This document shows, piece after piece, positions 49,405 through 61,034 of a DNA stretch of 64,000 nucleotides (position 1 is its first letter; each line of letters begins with the position of its first letter). The DNA is from Lepidodermella squamata (taxonomy: Eukaryota; Animalia; Gastrotricha), in the NCBI GenBank assembly GCA_047495785.1, contig JBLDXI010000010.1, forward strand, positions 1,736,001-1,800,000. Reading direction: 5' to 3'. A program made the translations under genes and the position numbers. The notes beneath the pieces were generated by a model. It ran no database searches. It was not told where the DNA came from and saw only the letters and a list, made by a program, of their open reading frames with translations.

Positions 49405-49988
49405 AGTTGTAGCTAAAAAAACGATGCGCTCTCACTAAGTGCAACTCTGGTATTTCCAACTAGCTAGCCGTTCATAATGTCTCGGGATTTAAAAAAAAAA
49501 CTAAGCGTAGTTTGGTTTTCATGGCTGAATAGTATCATGAAAAAACTTCACTGCTGCGTTATACTAGTAAACAAGTCAGCAAAATGTCCTGAATATTTCC
49601 ACCACTGATGAATGATAACAGAATTCTGCAAGCCAACTAATCTGAACTGACATTGGACAATTGCGGCATCAATATCCTGATGAATTGAAATAAATTTGAT
49701 TCATGAAAGCATAAAGAGCAGAATCTTCCGTGGCTGTAAGCAATGGTGGCCTATCGTAACCTAGTGAATCTTCAGGACTGGAATGAAATTTCCAAATCAC
49801 TAAAATCACTAAAATCGATCATTCTGTGACCACTTAACCTGCTTTTATGTGGTATAACAATAATACATTTTATTCTTTCCACTTGTGCAACGAGTTTTAA
49901 GATACTTTGAGATTAGAGTCTGGTTATCGTAGCATCCTTATATGTTTGAGACCATGGATCCTAGAACCACGCCCAGAAAGAGCTGTTC

Positions 49989-51218
49989 TCAAGGTATAGC
50001 ATTGATCATCTTATGAATGTAAATCACGCTAGTGAAAAGGAGAACGAGCAATGTTAGCGACAAAACGCCGATGTCCAGGAATCTTACAGCCGATATGCCG
50101 AACCTTGTACGTTCCTTCGATCCCCACTTTGTCTCCGCAATCGTGCAAACAAAAAGCATATATATGGTCACAAATACACATGCAGCCATCTGAATTTCAA
50201 TCAACGTAATGATATGTACTGGCTCTGAAGTCTGCGGAATCTGCTCGAAAACAATCGAGAGAAGTACGAAAAAAGCCAATACAACTGTTATGCAGAACAT
50301 GGGCCGGTCAGGGAACTCAGGGTTCATGATGAAAGCTGAAAGCTGGAGGACCACCATAGCAGCCAGCGGTAAAAATATAATGCCGACGTAGTATTCGTGC
50401 TTTCGTTGAAAAACCAATCTGAACTTGATTTGTTGAAAAAACCCGATGGTTCTCACAGCGATTTCAGTCGAGGTGTTGAATTCCGCCGCTATTTCTGACC
50501 AAATGCTGCTTTCGTCGAGAATAATTTGGCTTGTATCGATTAGTGGCAGCTTGACATTTAAATAATTTGATGGAGTTGTGAACTCCAATACGATAGAGCA
50601 AAACATTTTATCGAACGGGAAATAAGTTAGAGCGAAGCCTTCGCATGATGTTTCGATGAGGACATCCCCGGAATATAGCCCATTAATGAATTGGAGCGTG
50701 CCGTGGAATGAGACGTCTTCGTCAAGTTTGTTGAACCATGTGGCGTCATTTAAAGCGTTCAAATGTATGGCTGTTGGAGACCACGTTTCAGCTTTGGCAC
50801 GCTTGAAATCAATTGCATATTGATGATCACCAAAATCCAAGCCTTTGCAGCCTATTTCAGGCATTTGCCAAGATATCGAAACTTTCGCAAGTGCCGAAAG
50901 GCTGGTCAGGGAAAATTGCAAGACTTACTTCTTCGTCTAGCAGAAGGTATCTTACCTTTGCTGCAAATCATCGATGTTTTTGATGTAGTAGATGTAAAAA
51001 CTCATCGAAGCTTCGACCGGCAGTAAATCTGACTGGTTACGTAGTAACAGCTCTGCGATCAGGTTTATCGAGGTCGCCAACTTACAGGTCCCATTGAAAA
51101 ATGCATCTTGAGCTAAGTCAAAACGCAGCTGGTCTTTCTCCACATTTGAAACGAGAGCGGAGCTGGCTGTAACTTTCAAAAGTACTAGAAACAGCAGCAT
51201 GGTGAAGCGAAATATCAT
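49989..51218 (-). CDS. Divergent Cys-loop channel subunit, family B gene B1 (exons 51218-50956, 50901-49989; 391 aa)
   Basis: Signal peptide, Cys-loop CEGFALTYFPFDKMFC, four TM with M2 PDRPMFCITVVLAFF, 54-nt intron. Confidence 0.88.
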
Positions 51219-51635
51219 CAAAAATTCATCGTGGGTTAGGAATTGTGATTACAGACTGTTTACATTTCATTATTTAGCTTCCTCTATACCTTCAACGGCA
51301 ATATTCAATATGTTCAAGCTCATCGATTTTATTCTCCGGCGACCTCCGATTTTTTATATTGAGTTTTTTAGCTTTTTGTTATATGGAGTGGGGGCGGGAA
51401 CTCTCCAGTCTATGACGTCGTCCAGCATTTTCTGATTAATCGAAACTTAACCCCGGTATTCCTACACATTTCAGAATCATGATGATATTCCACAGAATTT
51501 TTCACGCATCGAACAACACTGCTATAAAAAAAGGGGGAGTAACGAGCTATTCAAGTCAGGGAGGGAGAAGCGGCAAATTCAAGGTCGTCGTTTCTCTGAT
51601 GGTTATTTCAGTTTGATAATGAATCCGAAGTGGTT

Positions 51636-52883
51636 TCATGGTATGGCATGCGTCATTTTCGCAATTAAGAATACGTCAGCTATCGACGCAGCCCAACAAT
51701 CGAAACCATAATAACAGCCAGGTCCAATAGGCGAACTTTAGACAAATGCAGAATTCCACTTTTCGCTGAACCCCACTTCGTTGATGCGATCGAGCATGCA
51801 ACTAACATATAGGCTGTCACTAAGACGCAAGCAGCCATTTGGATTTCGATCAGCAAAATCAGGTAAACCTGTTCTGAAGTCTGCGGTATCTCATCAAATA
51901 CGATCGACAGCAGCACGAAAAATGCTAACACCACCGTCATGCAAAAATTAGGTCGGTCGGGAAATTCGGGGCTCATGATGAAAGAAGAAAGCTGAAGGAA
52001 GACCATGCCGCCAAGGGGTAGAAAGATCATTCCGACATAATATTCGTGCTTTCGTTGAAAAGCCAGCGTGAATTTAACTTGTTCGAATTCACCCATAATT
52101 CGATTGATCATACCACGAGATGAGTTGAACTCAGACGGCAGAGCTTGCCAGATGCTACCCTCATCCAATATTTTTTCTGGGTATTCCAGATACATGCTTT
52201 GGGCTCGAACGTGATCAGCAAGGTTATCGAGTTCCAGCAAAATCGAGCAAGTCATTTTATCGAATGGAAAATAGGTCAGCTGGAAGCCTTCGCAGGAAGT
52301 TTCGATAAGAACTTCGTTTGTGAACATGGCCTGCACAAACGTTTTAGTAGCGTTGAATTCTACCTCATCAGACAGTCTGGTCGGCCAATTCGCGTCTCTT
52401 AACGCATTGAGATGAAGCGTCTTGGGATACCAAGATTGATTACTTGGCTTTCTGAAACGTGTAGAAATAGCGTTGCCTTTGCTGTTATTTGCCTGTAAGC
52501 TTTTACAGTGGCGAACTTCCGGCAAGCGCCAACTAATAGTAAATGTTGTTAGCACCGATAAACTGAAAAGGAAAGAAAAGGAAGGAATAAAACACAGGTG
52601 AGTTCTTTCTATTGGCCTACCTTTGCTGCAAATCGCTGATTTCTTTGATACCGTACATGTAAATAGAAAAGTTGACATATATTGGTAACAAAGTGTCGTA
52701 GTCTTCAAAGAGGTTGAGCTCCTGAATTATGTCGGTAGACTTTGCCAACGGACATTCCGAATTAAAAAACTTGTTCTCCAAAGTAGCGCTTCCTAGTTCT
52801 ACTGTGGCCCCGGCATTTATCGTTGTTGCTCGTATCAGCGTAAACGAAAGAAAAAGGCTTGAAAGCCATATATTTACTGACAT
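51636..52883 (-). pseudogene. Cys-loop subunit B2 with a 2-bp frameshift in M4 (exons 52883-52621 and 52562-51680 as read; ancestral stop at 51636)
   Basis: Extra CG at 51687-51688 relative to B4. The paralogous tail SIADVFLIAKMTHAIP* continues in another frame. Could be an allele or a sequencing error. Confidence 0.7.
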
Positions 52884-53295
52884 GCTGCTTTTGAAACCAA
52901 ATTTGTCGAATGAAGCACTTCAAAAAATGTCTGAGTTTACTGTTATAATCGTTCATTTTTATTTTAGTGAGACACTATGCAATCAGGAAAACGCAGTTGC
53001 CTAATCATTTGAGTAACGAGAAGCAAATAACAATTCACTCAAAGAAAATTGCCTAATTTCTCCCGAAATACTGTTCATCCTTAGGCCTAGGGTATTTCAC
53101 CAATCACGCGATTTCAGAGCTACTCTTAGCAGATTGTTTACTTTCTAAATGCTGAATCGGCATCTCAAAGCTGCTGTTAGACCTAGACATAGACAAAACT
53201 AACTGTGAACACATCATTATTAATCCTCAACGCTTTCGCATTTGTGGCAATAACATGCACGATGGTGATTGGTATTATAACATATCTAGCTGCTA

Positions 53296-54515
53296 TTACA
53301 AACACTGCGTCATTTTCGCAATAAAAACTACATCCGAAACGGAGAGACCGAGAACTAAAACCAGAATAAAAGCCAAATCAAGCAGTCGGACATTTGACAA
53401 ATGCAGAATCACACTCTCTGTCGCTCCCCATTTCGTCACGGCAATGGCACATGCGAACAACATGTAGACAGTTACAGCGACACACGCTGCCATTTGTATT
53501 TCGATCAGCGTGATAAGATGAATCTGCTCTGATGTTTCCGGTATCTGGTCGAAGACAATTGAAAGCAGAACGAAAAACGCCAGCACAACTGTGATGCAGA
53601 AGGTTGGCCGGTCGGGGAACTCAGGGCTCATGATGAAAGCTGAAAGCTGAAGTAAAACCATAGATGCAAGGGGTAGAAATATGTTGCCGACGTAGTACTG
53701 GTATTTCCGTTGAAAAACTAACTTGAACCTGTTTTGCTCGAATTTACCAATACTTCGGTTAACAATAACAGTCGTAGTCGAGAATTCAGAAGGCAGAGCC
53801 TGCCAAATGCTGCCTTCGTCCAGTATCTCGTCTGGGTGGTCTAAAAAAAGATCAACAATCTTGATGTAGCTGGTAGTGCTCAGCATTTCAAGCGCAATCG
53901 TGCAAGTCATTTTATCGAAGGGAAAGTATGCCAGTTCGAAGCCTTCGCAAGACGTTTCGATTAGAACTTCATAGCTCACAGACGCTTCGACTTCCACTTT
54001 CGAAGCGTCGAATTTAACCACCTCCGCCATTTTACCCGGCCAATTTGCGTCTTTCAACGCATTGATTTGGAATGCGTTCGGGAACCAAGTTTGCGATTTC
54101 GGCCTGGTGAAAGCCGTGTATAACGATCCGCCGTTATCGGCCTTAGCTTGAACGCCAACGCATCCGAACTTGGGCATATCCCATGTTACAAAGAAGGTCG
54201 CCAGGGCAGATAAGCTTAATATTATGAATTCAAAGAGGATCAATTATTATTCACGAAGGTCTACCTTTGTTTCAAATCGTCTATGTCTTTGATGTCGTAA
54301 ACATAGATTGAAAGTGACACATATATTGGTAAAGCCTCGTATTGCCATTGTAAGCTTGTTTCCTGAAGCAAATTTCGGGCCTTCGCCAGCACGCATTTCG
54401 AATTGAAAAACTCGTCCTCCATTGCGGTGTCTTTAAGCACCAATGCAGCTCGGGCTTGCAGGGCCAGGATATTCATTGAAAGTAATACGAGAAAATGATG
54501 AAATGCATGAGCCAT
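53296..54515 (-). CDS. Cys-loop subunit B3 (exons 54515-54265, 54214-53296; 389 aa)
   Basis: Signal peptide, CEGFELAYFPFDKMTC, four TM, 50-nt intron at the family-B position. Confidence 0.88.
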
Positions 54516-54794
54516 GTCGAATTTCGAGGTGAAAATCAGGCAAAGCCTTTATAAAGCCCCTAGTTTGAAGTTACTGTTTATTTTAAATTTTAAACGAAAA
54601 GCTATCCAATCAGGAATCAGGTAAATAGATGTAAAGTGGCCAAGTAACGAGATACAAACAGAAAATAGGCCATAAACATTGACCTGAAATGACAATTAAT
54701 GATTATGAAAATGCATATAATGTTTGTTTCGAAATGAGGTGTATCGATTATTAAATTAGTTTCTAGTTTTAATTGCCGATTATTTCCAGCCGTT

Positions 54795-55331
54795 CTACTT
54801 CTCCTTCGTTGGAACCTGGCCAGGCTCTTCAATTCCCAATCGTAGAGTTATATCCTCGGGGATGTCCATCTTCCCCTCGACGTGGATGTGCCCAGTTTTC
54901 TTCGCCATCATCTCCTCCGCACTTAGAGGTCGCTGATTAGATCCATCCGTTCCAAGGAAAGGATTCGGGACCAACAGCTGGCTAGGCCTGTGTTGCCCTG
55001 CTGCCATTCCAGCAGCCGCTAATCGCTGCTTCTCAATCATCTCGTCAATCTTCTTCAAGTACTCCTTGCGAGCAACTTCGTGCCTCAGACGATGCCGGAT
55101 TCCCCGAAGCGTCTTAGCCCTGCCTTGGTCTCGAATTCGCTTGACCAAAGCACTTCGATTGTGCCTGAGACGTCGGATATCTCTAGACAGTGTCGTATAG
55201 TCCAAGCAAACGATTAATCCGATGAAGAAGCCAAGAATGCCAAGAATAATAGATCCAGCTGCAGCAGCATAGTCTGCCTCGACAATGTCCTGCTTCCTCG
55301 ATTTCGTGTCATCTAACTTCAATAGACCACT
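54795..55331 (-). CDS. Orphan terminal exon of a single-pass membrane protein
   Basis: ttccag acceptor, 178-codon open frame with TM (AAGSIILGILGFFIGLIVCLD) and a basic cytoplasmic tail. Upstream exons were not identified. Confidence 0.55.
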   Translation of the reverse strand, partial: SGLLKLDDTKSRKQDIVEADYAAAAGSIILGILGFFIGLIVCLDYTTLSRDIRRLRHNRSALVKRIRDQGRAKTLRGIRHRLRHEVARKEYLKKIDEMIEKQRLAAAGMAAGQHRPSQLLVPNPFLGTDGSNQRPLSAEEMMAKKTGHIHVEGKMDIPEDITLRLGIEEPGQVPTKEK

Positions 55332-55373
55332 CTGGAAGCATTTCAAATTTCAAGCGAACGAGTGCCAGGGTGT

Positions 55374-55621
55374 AAAAATGGTTTAAAAGGAGGACTCGAA
55401 CTCCGGACCGTTGGATATCGGCCTATGACGCGAGAACACTGAGCAACAGTGCTAGGTCATGGTAGTCATCCTCTTCCGCCAATTTATATATAACAAACGA
55501 ACGCTAAACATATGCGTTTTCCGCCAGTCTCAGATATGAAGGCTCCTATTGTATAGTTGATCCAACCCATTGTTCAAATCCTAAAGGTCCCGAGTTCGAA
55601 TCCTCCTTTTACACCATTTTT
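55374..55621. repeat. Back-to-back pair of tRNA-like elements
   Basis: 36-bp inverted repeat with 3 mismatches (55374-55409 / 55586-55621). Each arm has a GTTCGA B-box followed by an oligo-T run. Confidence 0.6.
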
Positions 55622-56122
55622 TTTTCTTTCGTCAGTTTTTTCTATGGGATGACTAAGTGACGAATAACGACGAAACGACGAAACGACGAAAAAACAACGC
55701 CTCAGAACTAGCTATTCATACCACGTGATCACGTGGACTTTGATCCTGCAATACGGAAGCACAATGCCCCCTCCCCCTCGCAGGGCCAAAATCTCAATAA
55801 CCGAAAATTAATAGATATACAGTATTTAGTTTCCTATACCTTCAACGTCAATATGTTTCAGCTAATCGATAATTCACTGGCGACCTCCAATTTTCACAAT
55901 AAGGTTTTTTGCCCCTGTTATAATGGAGTGGAGGTGGGAACTCCAGTAATCGATTAAATGAAACTTAACCCTAATATCATCACAGCACAGTATTCACGCA
56001 TCGAACAACATTGTTATCAAGAAAATGGGAAGTAACGATAAATTTCAGTTAGAGAAAAGCGAAAATTTCAAGGTCCTTGTTTCTCTTAGGATTTTTAGTT
56101 AGTTGATGAATCTGAAGTGGTT

Positions 56123-57361
56123 TCATGGTATTGCCTGCGTCATTTTCGCAATTAAGAATACGTCAGCTATCGACAGCATAAAAATCGAAACCACAACAAC
56201 GGCCAAGTCCAAAAGGCGAACTTTAGACAAATGCAGAATTCCACTTTTTGCTGAACCCCACTCCGTTGCTGCGATCGAGCATGCAACCAACATATAGGCT
56301 GTCACTAAGACGCAAGCAGCCATTTGGATTTCTATCAGCAAAATGAGGTAAACCTGTTCTGAAGTCTGCGGTATCGCGTCAAATACGATCGACAGCAGCA
56401 CGAAAAATGCTAGCACTACCGTCATGCAGAAATTCGACCGGTCGGGAACATCGGGACTGATGATGAAAGCTGAAAGCTGTAGGAAGACCATGCTGCCAAG
56501 GGGTAGAAAGATCATGCCGACGTAGTATTCTTGTTTTCGTTGAAAAGCCAACATGAATGCAACTTGTTCGTAGTCACCCATAATTCGACTGACCATACCA
56601 CGAGATGAGTTGAACTCCAACGTCAGAGCCTGCCAGATGCTACTATCCTCCAATATTTTGTTTGAGTGGTAAAGAGTCAGTCTATCGACTTTAACGTCAT
56701 CGGCAATGTTATTGAGTTCCAGCGTAATCGCGCAAATCATTTTATCGAACGGAAAATAGGCCAGTTGGAAGCCTTCACAGGAAGTTTCGATAAGCACCAA
56801 GTTTGAGTACACCGCTCTCACAGCCTCCCTAGTAGCGTTGAATTCTACCTCATCAGACAGCCTGGTCGGCCAATTCGCGTCTCTTAACGCATTGAGATGA
56901 AGTGTCTTGGGGTACCAAGTTTGATTACTTGGCTTTCTGAAACGTGTAGAAATTGTATTGCCTTTACTGTCATTCGCCAGTAAACCGTGACAGTGGGCAA
57001 AGTCTGACAAGCTCCATCTTAGTTCAAATGTTACAAGCACAGACAAACTGAAATAACAAAAAGGAGATAGAACATAGCTTATGTTCTTTCCAAAGTTATA
57101 CCTTTGCTGCAAGTCGCTGATTTCCTTGATGTCGTACATGTACATAGAAAAGTTTACTCGTACGGGTAAAGCGTCGTATTCCTCATGGAGCCGGATCTCT
57201 TGAATAATGTCAGTGGACCTGGCCAACGGACATTTGTAATTAAAAAACTCATTTTCCAAAGCAGTGCTTTTTAATTCTACTCTGGGTTCGGAATATATCG
57301 CTGTTGCTTGTATCAGCGTAAACGAAAGAAAAAGGTTAGAAAGCCGAAAATTTACTGACAT
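56123..57361 (-). CDS. Cys-loop subunit B4 (exons 57361-57102, 57047-56123; 394 aa)
   Basis: CEGFQLAYFPFDKMIC and four TM. The 54-nt intron is in frame and stop-free, so the ORF track reads through it. Confidence 0.88.
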   Translation of the reverse strand: MSVNFRLSNLFLSFTLIQATAIYSEPRVELKSTALENEFFNYKCPLARSTDIIQEIRLHEEYDALPVRVNFSMYMYDIKEISDLQQRYNFGKNISYVLSPFCYFSLSVLVTFELRWSLSDFAHCHGLLANDSKGNTISTRFRKPSNQTWYPKTLHLNALRDANWPTRLSDEVEFNATREAVRAVYSNLVLIETSCEGFQLAYFPFDKMICAITLELNNIADDVKVDRLTLYHSNKILEDSSIWQALTLEFNSSRGMVSRIMGDYEQVAFMLAFQRKQEYYVGMIFLPLGSMVFLQLSAFIISPDVPDRSNFCMTVVLAFFVLLSIVFDAIPQTSEQVYLILLIEIQMAACVLVTAYMLVACSIAATEWGSAKSGILHLSKVRLLDLAVVVVSIFMLSIADVFLIAKMTQAIP

Positions 57362-57754
57362 GCTGCTTTTAAAACCGAATGTTTAGAATGAAGGGCTTTT
57401 AAAAATGTCTGGTTTGCTGTTATAATTGCTTGCTTAATTTCAGTGAGAAGCTATACGTAATGCAATAAGCAAATCGGAGTTGTCTAATCATTTGAGTAAC
57501 GAAAAGTAAATAAAAATTCGCCTAAAGAAAATTGCCTACTCATTGTACATCCTTAGAGTAATCGCATGATTTAAGCTGTTAAAACTATTCTTAGCACGTT
57601 GTTTATTTTCTAAATGCCGAATCAACATCTCAAAGCTGATTTTAGACCTATACCTGGACAAGCTAAACTAACTGCGAACGCCTCCTTGCCTTATATTTTT
57701 TGGCAACTATACGTATGATGGTGATTGGTATGCTTATAAAATTTCTTGCTGCTG

Positions 57755-58805
57755 TTATATACAGTGTGTCATTTCGAAATATAAACTACATCCGGAATAG
57801 AGAGCATATTAAAGCTGTGAGGCGCTTTGTGTCAGAACCCTTCAGGCGACCTCAGCGACGCGGGGCGTATTGTTCGCGAACTTAGAGTTCGACAAAATCC
57901 CTGGCTGTGACTTTGATTTGATTTGATTTGATTTCTGTAGTAAATCGCAGTTCGGTGTAAATCAATCATTTAAAATGAAATCGCCCAAAAATCCATGGTA
58001 AATCCATCAAATCAAATCATCGGACCAATTAATATCAAATCAAATCAAATCTTTCGCATAGAAAAACATGAGTATTAAAGACCATTTCTAAGGATTCTTT
58101 CATATTTTAAGGTTGGTTTTGGGAGAATGAGTCTAAAAGGGGTTAAATTGCTCCAAAATTTGAAAAATGTTGTTTTCGAGGCAAATGGTGGTTCTCATGG
58201 TTAGTAACAGGAGGAATTCCTAGAGTTTTGAGTATTCTAAATCAGCAGTAAATCAAGGGGGCTAAATCAAATACAATCAAATCATCGTGAAAATGGCCTA
58301 AATCAAATCAAATCAAATCAAAGCCTCTGATCCCTGGGACAAAGGGCCCAGTACCCCGATGGTAGAAGAGGGTGATGACACCAAAGTTGTCTTCGCACTA
58401 ATTCGGCCGAATCTTATATACAATTGATAAGTTGAGTTTTCGTGTTAGCTTCTTGCTAGCTGAACCAATTGACTTCAATCATTTCGGGTTCGCAATATAT
58501 ATGAAAAACTAACATGGGTGATTAATTGGTGTAAATTGTGTTATTCGTCTAATGAATTATCGTTCCAATATTTCGGGAAAGAGTGGATTTCTTCGGCGAA
58601 GAAAGAGGAGTTATTATAATCTGTTACACCTGCAGTGAATCGGACTGGTTACGTAAAAGCAGCTCTGCGATCAAGTTTTTCGAGGTCGCCAACCTAGAGG
58701 TCTCATTGGAAAATGCGTTTTGCGTCTTGAATCGAGAGCTGAGCTGGCTGCAACTTTCACTAGAAGGACTAGAAACAGCAGCACGGTGAAGCATAAAAAA
58801 ACCAT
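57755..58805 (-). pseudogene. Family B remnants: B3-like 3' tip (about 57755-57805) and B1-like exon 1 (about 58620-58805) around a repeat element
   Basis: 57755-57805 encodes PDVVYISKMTHCI* and follows a spacer homologous to 52960-53295. 58620-58805 aligns by eye with 51010-51245, with a deletion. Confidence 0.7.
57905..58336. mobile_element. MITE-like element with (ATTTG)n / (CAAAT)n subterminal repeats
   Basis: ctttgatttgatttgatttg on the left and aaatcaaatcaaatcaaag...atccctg on the right, in inverted orientation. Confidence 0.6.
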
Positions 58806-58999
58806 CTTTGGTTAGGAATTATCATTAGCTGGTATGCCCGGGCGCCGGGCCAGCCTTTCGTTTTGTTTCACTCTGCTGAAATTACTCAAAACGCGGCAAC
58901 CACGTAACTTGACAGAATCATTCAATAAGTACAAAGTAAATGCTAGGCACCTCTAAGTGATATAATGCATCTTCGTCTCGATACGCAGTGTCAAAGTCC

Positions 59000-59350
59000 A
59001 ACGCCGCCGTTCCACAGGTGACAGCGTTGCGCATACTCGGCTCACATGCTCATTTTCGATGAAAAACTCACTTGGAAGCCTCACATAGACCACGTCCTCC
59101 AACGGTGCGAGCGTAATTTGTCCTGGTTTCACACGGTCGTGCATAGTCCGGGCCTGTCTCTGAGATGGCGCCGCGCTACTTACCTTTCACTCGTCCGCTC
59201 CATTGCAACCTTCCGGGCTGTTGCCTTCTCCTCCGCCGCCAAGTCGCAGCTTCGCCGTCTGGAGGTACTTCTAAACAATTGCCTTCGGGCTATTCTCCGC
59301 GTTCGACTGAACAATCGCGTCCGCATCTCTGCAAAAAAATCATCGTGAAC
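59000..59350 (+). mobile_element. LINE ORF2 fragment (post-RT region)
   Basis: LIFDEKLTWKPHIDHV...YLSLVRS...LRRLEVLLNNCLRAIL, typical of non-LTR retrotransposons. Confidence 0.8.
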
Positions 59351-59804
59351 CGCAGATTATTGAACATCTCTAGACATCTTTCGTTTTTAAATACTTGCGT
59401 GAAGGTGAAGGGCACACGTTTCGCACGAGCTGCAGTAGCCTAGGCTACTATTCGAGATAGGACTATACATGGACGCATTTAAATTTACCTAGGCTTCTAA
59501 ACAATGCTTCAAAAGCTTCTAAATGAGAGGGGAGCTTGGAGCTTACATTTCGGTAACTACGGTAGGTTTTTGGCTTGGCTTTTTGTTATAATGGAGCGGT
59601 TTGTAACTCTCCAGCCTCTAGTAATTGATTAATCGAAACGTAACCCAGATTATCTACACATTTGCATCCGCAGATTGTTTCACACATCGAACAACATTGT
59701 TATCAATAAAATTAAAAGTATTCCAGTTTTAGGAATGCTAAAATGACAAAGTCCATGTTTCTCTGAAGTTTTGAGTTTGATAATGAATCTTAGGTGAATG
59801 TTCA

Positions 59805-61034
59805 TTATATTGCCTGCGTCATTTTCGCAATAAAGAATACGTCAGCTACCGACAGACCAACAATTAGAACCACAGCAACAGCAAAGTCTAATAGGCGAAC
59901 TTTAGACAAATGCATAATTCCACTTTTCGCCGATCCCCATTTTGTCGTTGCGATAGTGCATGCAAACAGCATATAGGCTGTGACTGCGACACATGCTGCC
60001 ATTTGAATTTCAATCAGCGTGATTAAATAAACTTGTTCTGAGGTTTGTGGTATCTCGCTAAAAACGATCGACAGCAGCACGAAAAAGGCCAGCACTACTG
60101 TCATGCAGAAATTTGGCCTGTCGGGATACTCGGGGTTCATGGCGAAAGATGAAAGCTGAAGAAAGACCATGCCACCAAGGGGTAAAAAGATAATACCGAT
60201 GTAATATTCGTGTTTTCGTTGAAAAGCCAGCGTGAATTTAACCTGTTCGTATTCACCAATACTTCGATTGACAACAAGATTAGATGTGTCGAACTCGGAC
60301 GGCAGAGCTCGCCAGATGCTGCTCTCATCCAATATTTGTTCCGGGTGGTCCAGATCGAGACTATCGACTTGAACTTGACCTGCACTGTTATAGAGTTCCA
60401 GCCAAATCGAGCAAGTCATTTTATCGAAAGGAAAATATGCCAGTTCAAAGCCTTCGCAGGAAGTTTCGATAAGCACTTCATTTGTGTACACCGCTTCCAC
60501 AACGTCCTTAGTAGCGTCGAATTTTACCATTTCTGACAGCCTACTCGGCCAATTACCGTCTCTCAAAGCATTGAGATGTAGTGTCTTTGGGTACCAAGAC
60601 TGATCTCTAGGCTTTCGAAAACTCGTATCAATCGCGTCGCCATCACTGTCAATTGCATGTACGCCTTTGCAGTAGCTAACTTCCGGGAAGCCCCAACTTA
60701 TAGTAAATGTTGTAAGCACAGATAAACTGAAATAAAAGGAAAACAAAACATTGATGACGATCTTCCCATAGGCCTACCTTTGCTGCAAATCGCTGATTTC
60801 TTTGATGCCGTACATGTACATAGAAAAGTTGACGTAGATAGGTAAAGCGTCGTAGTCTTCGTGCAGGCGGATCTCTTGAATAATGTCAGCGGCCTTGGCC
60901 AATGGACATTTCGAATCGAAAAACTCGTTCTCCAAGGCAGTGCTTTTAGGTTCTGCGAGCTTGCCTAGCGGCGTTGTTGCTTGTATCACCGTACACGAAA
61001 GAAACAGGCTGTAAAGCAGAAAATTTACTGACAT
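59805..61034 (-). CDS. Cys-loop subunit B5 (exons 61034-60778, 60726-59805; 392 aa)
   Basis: Signal peptide, CEGFELAYFPFDKMTC, four TM, 51-nt intron. Confidence 0.88.
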
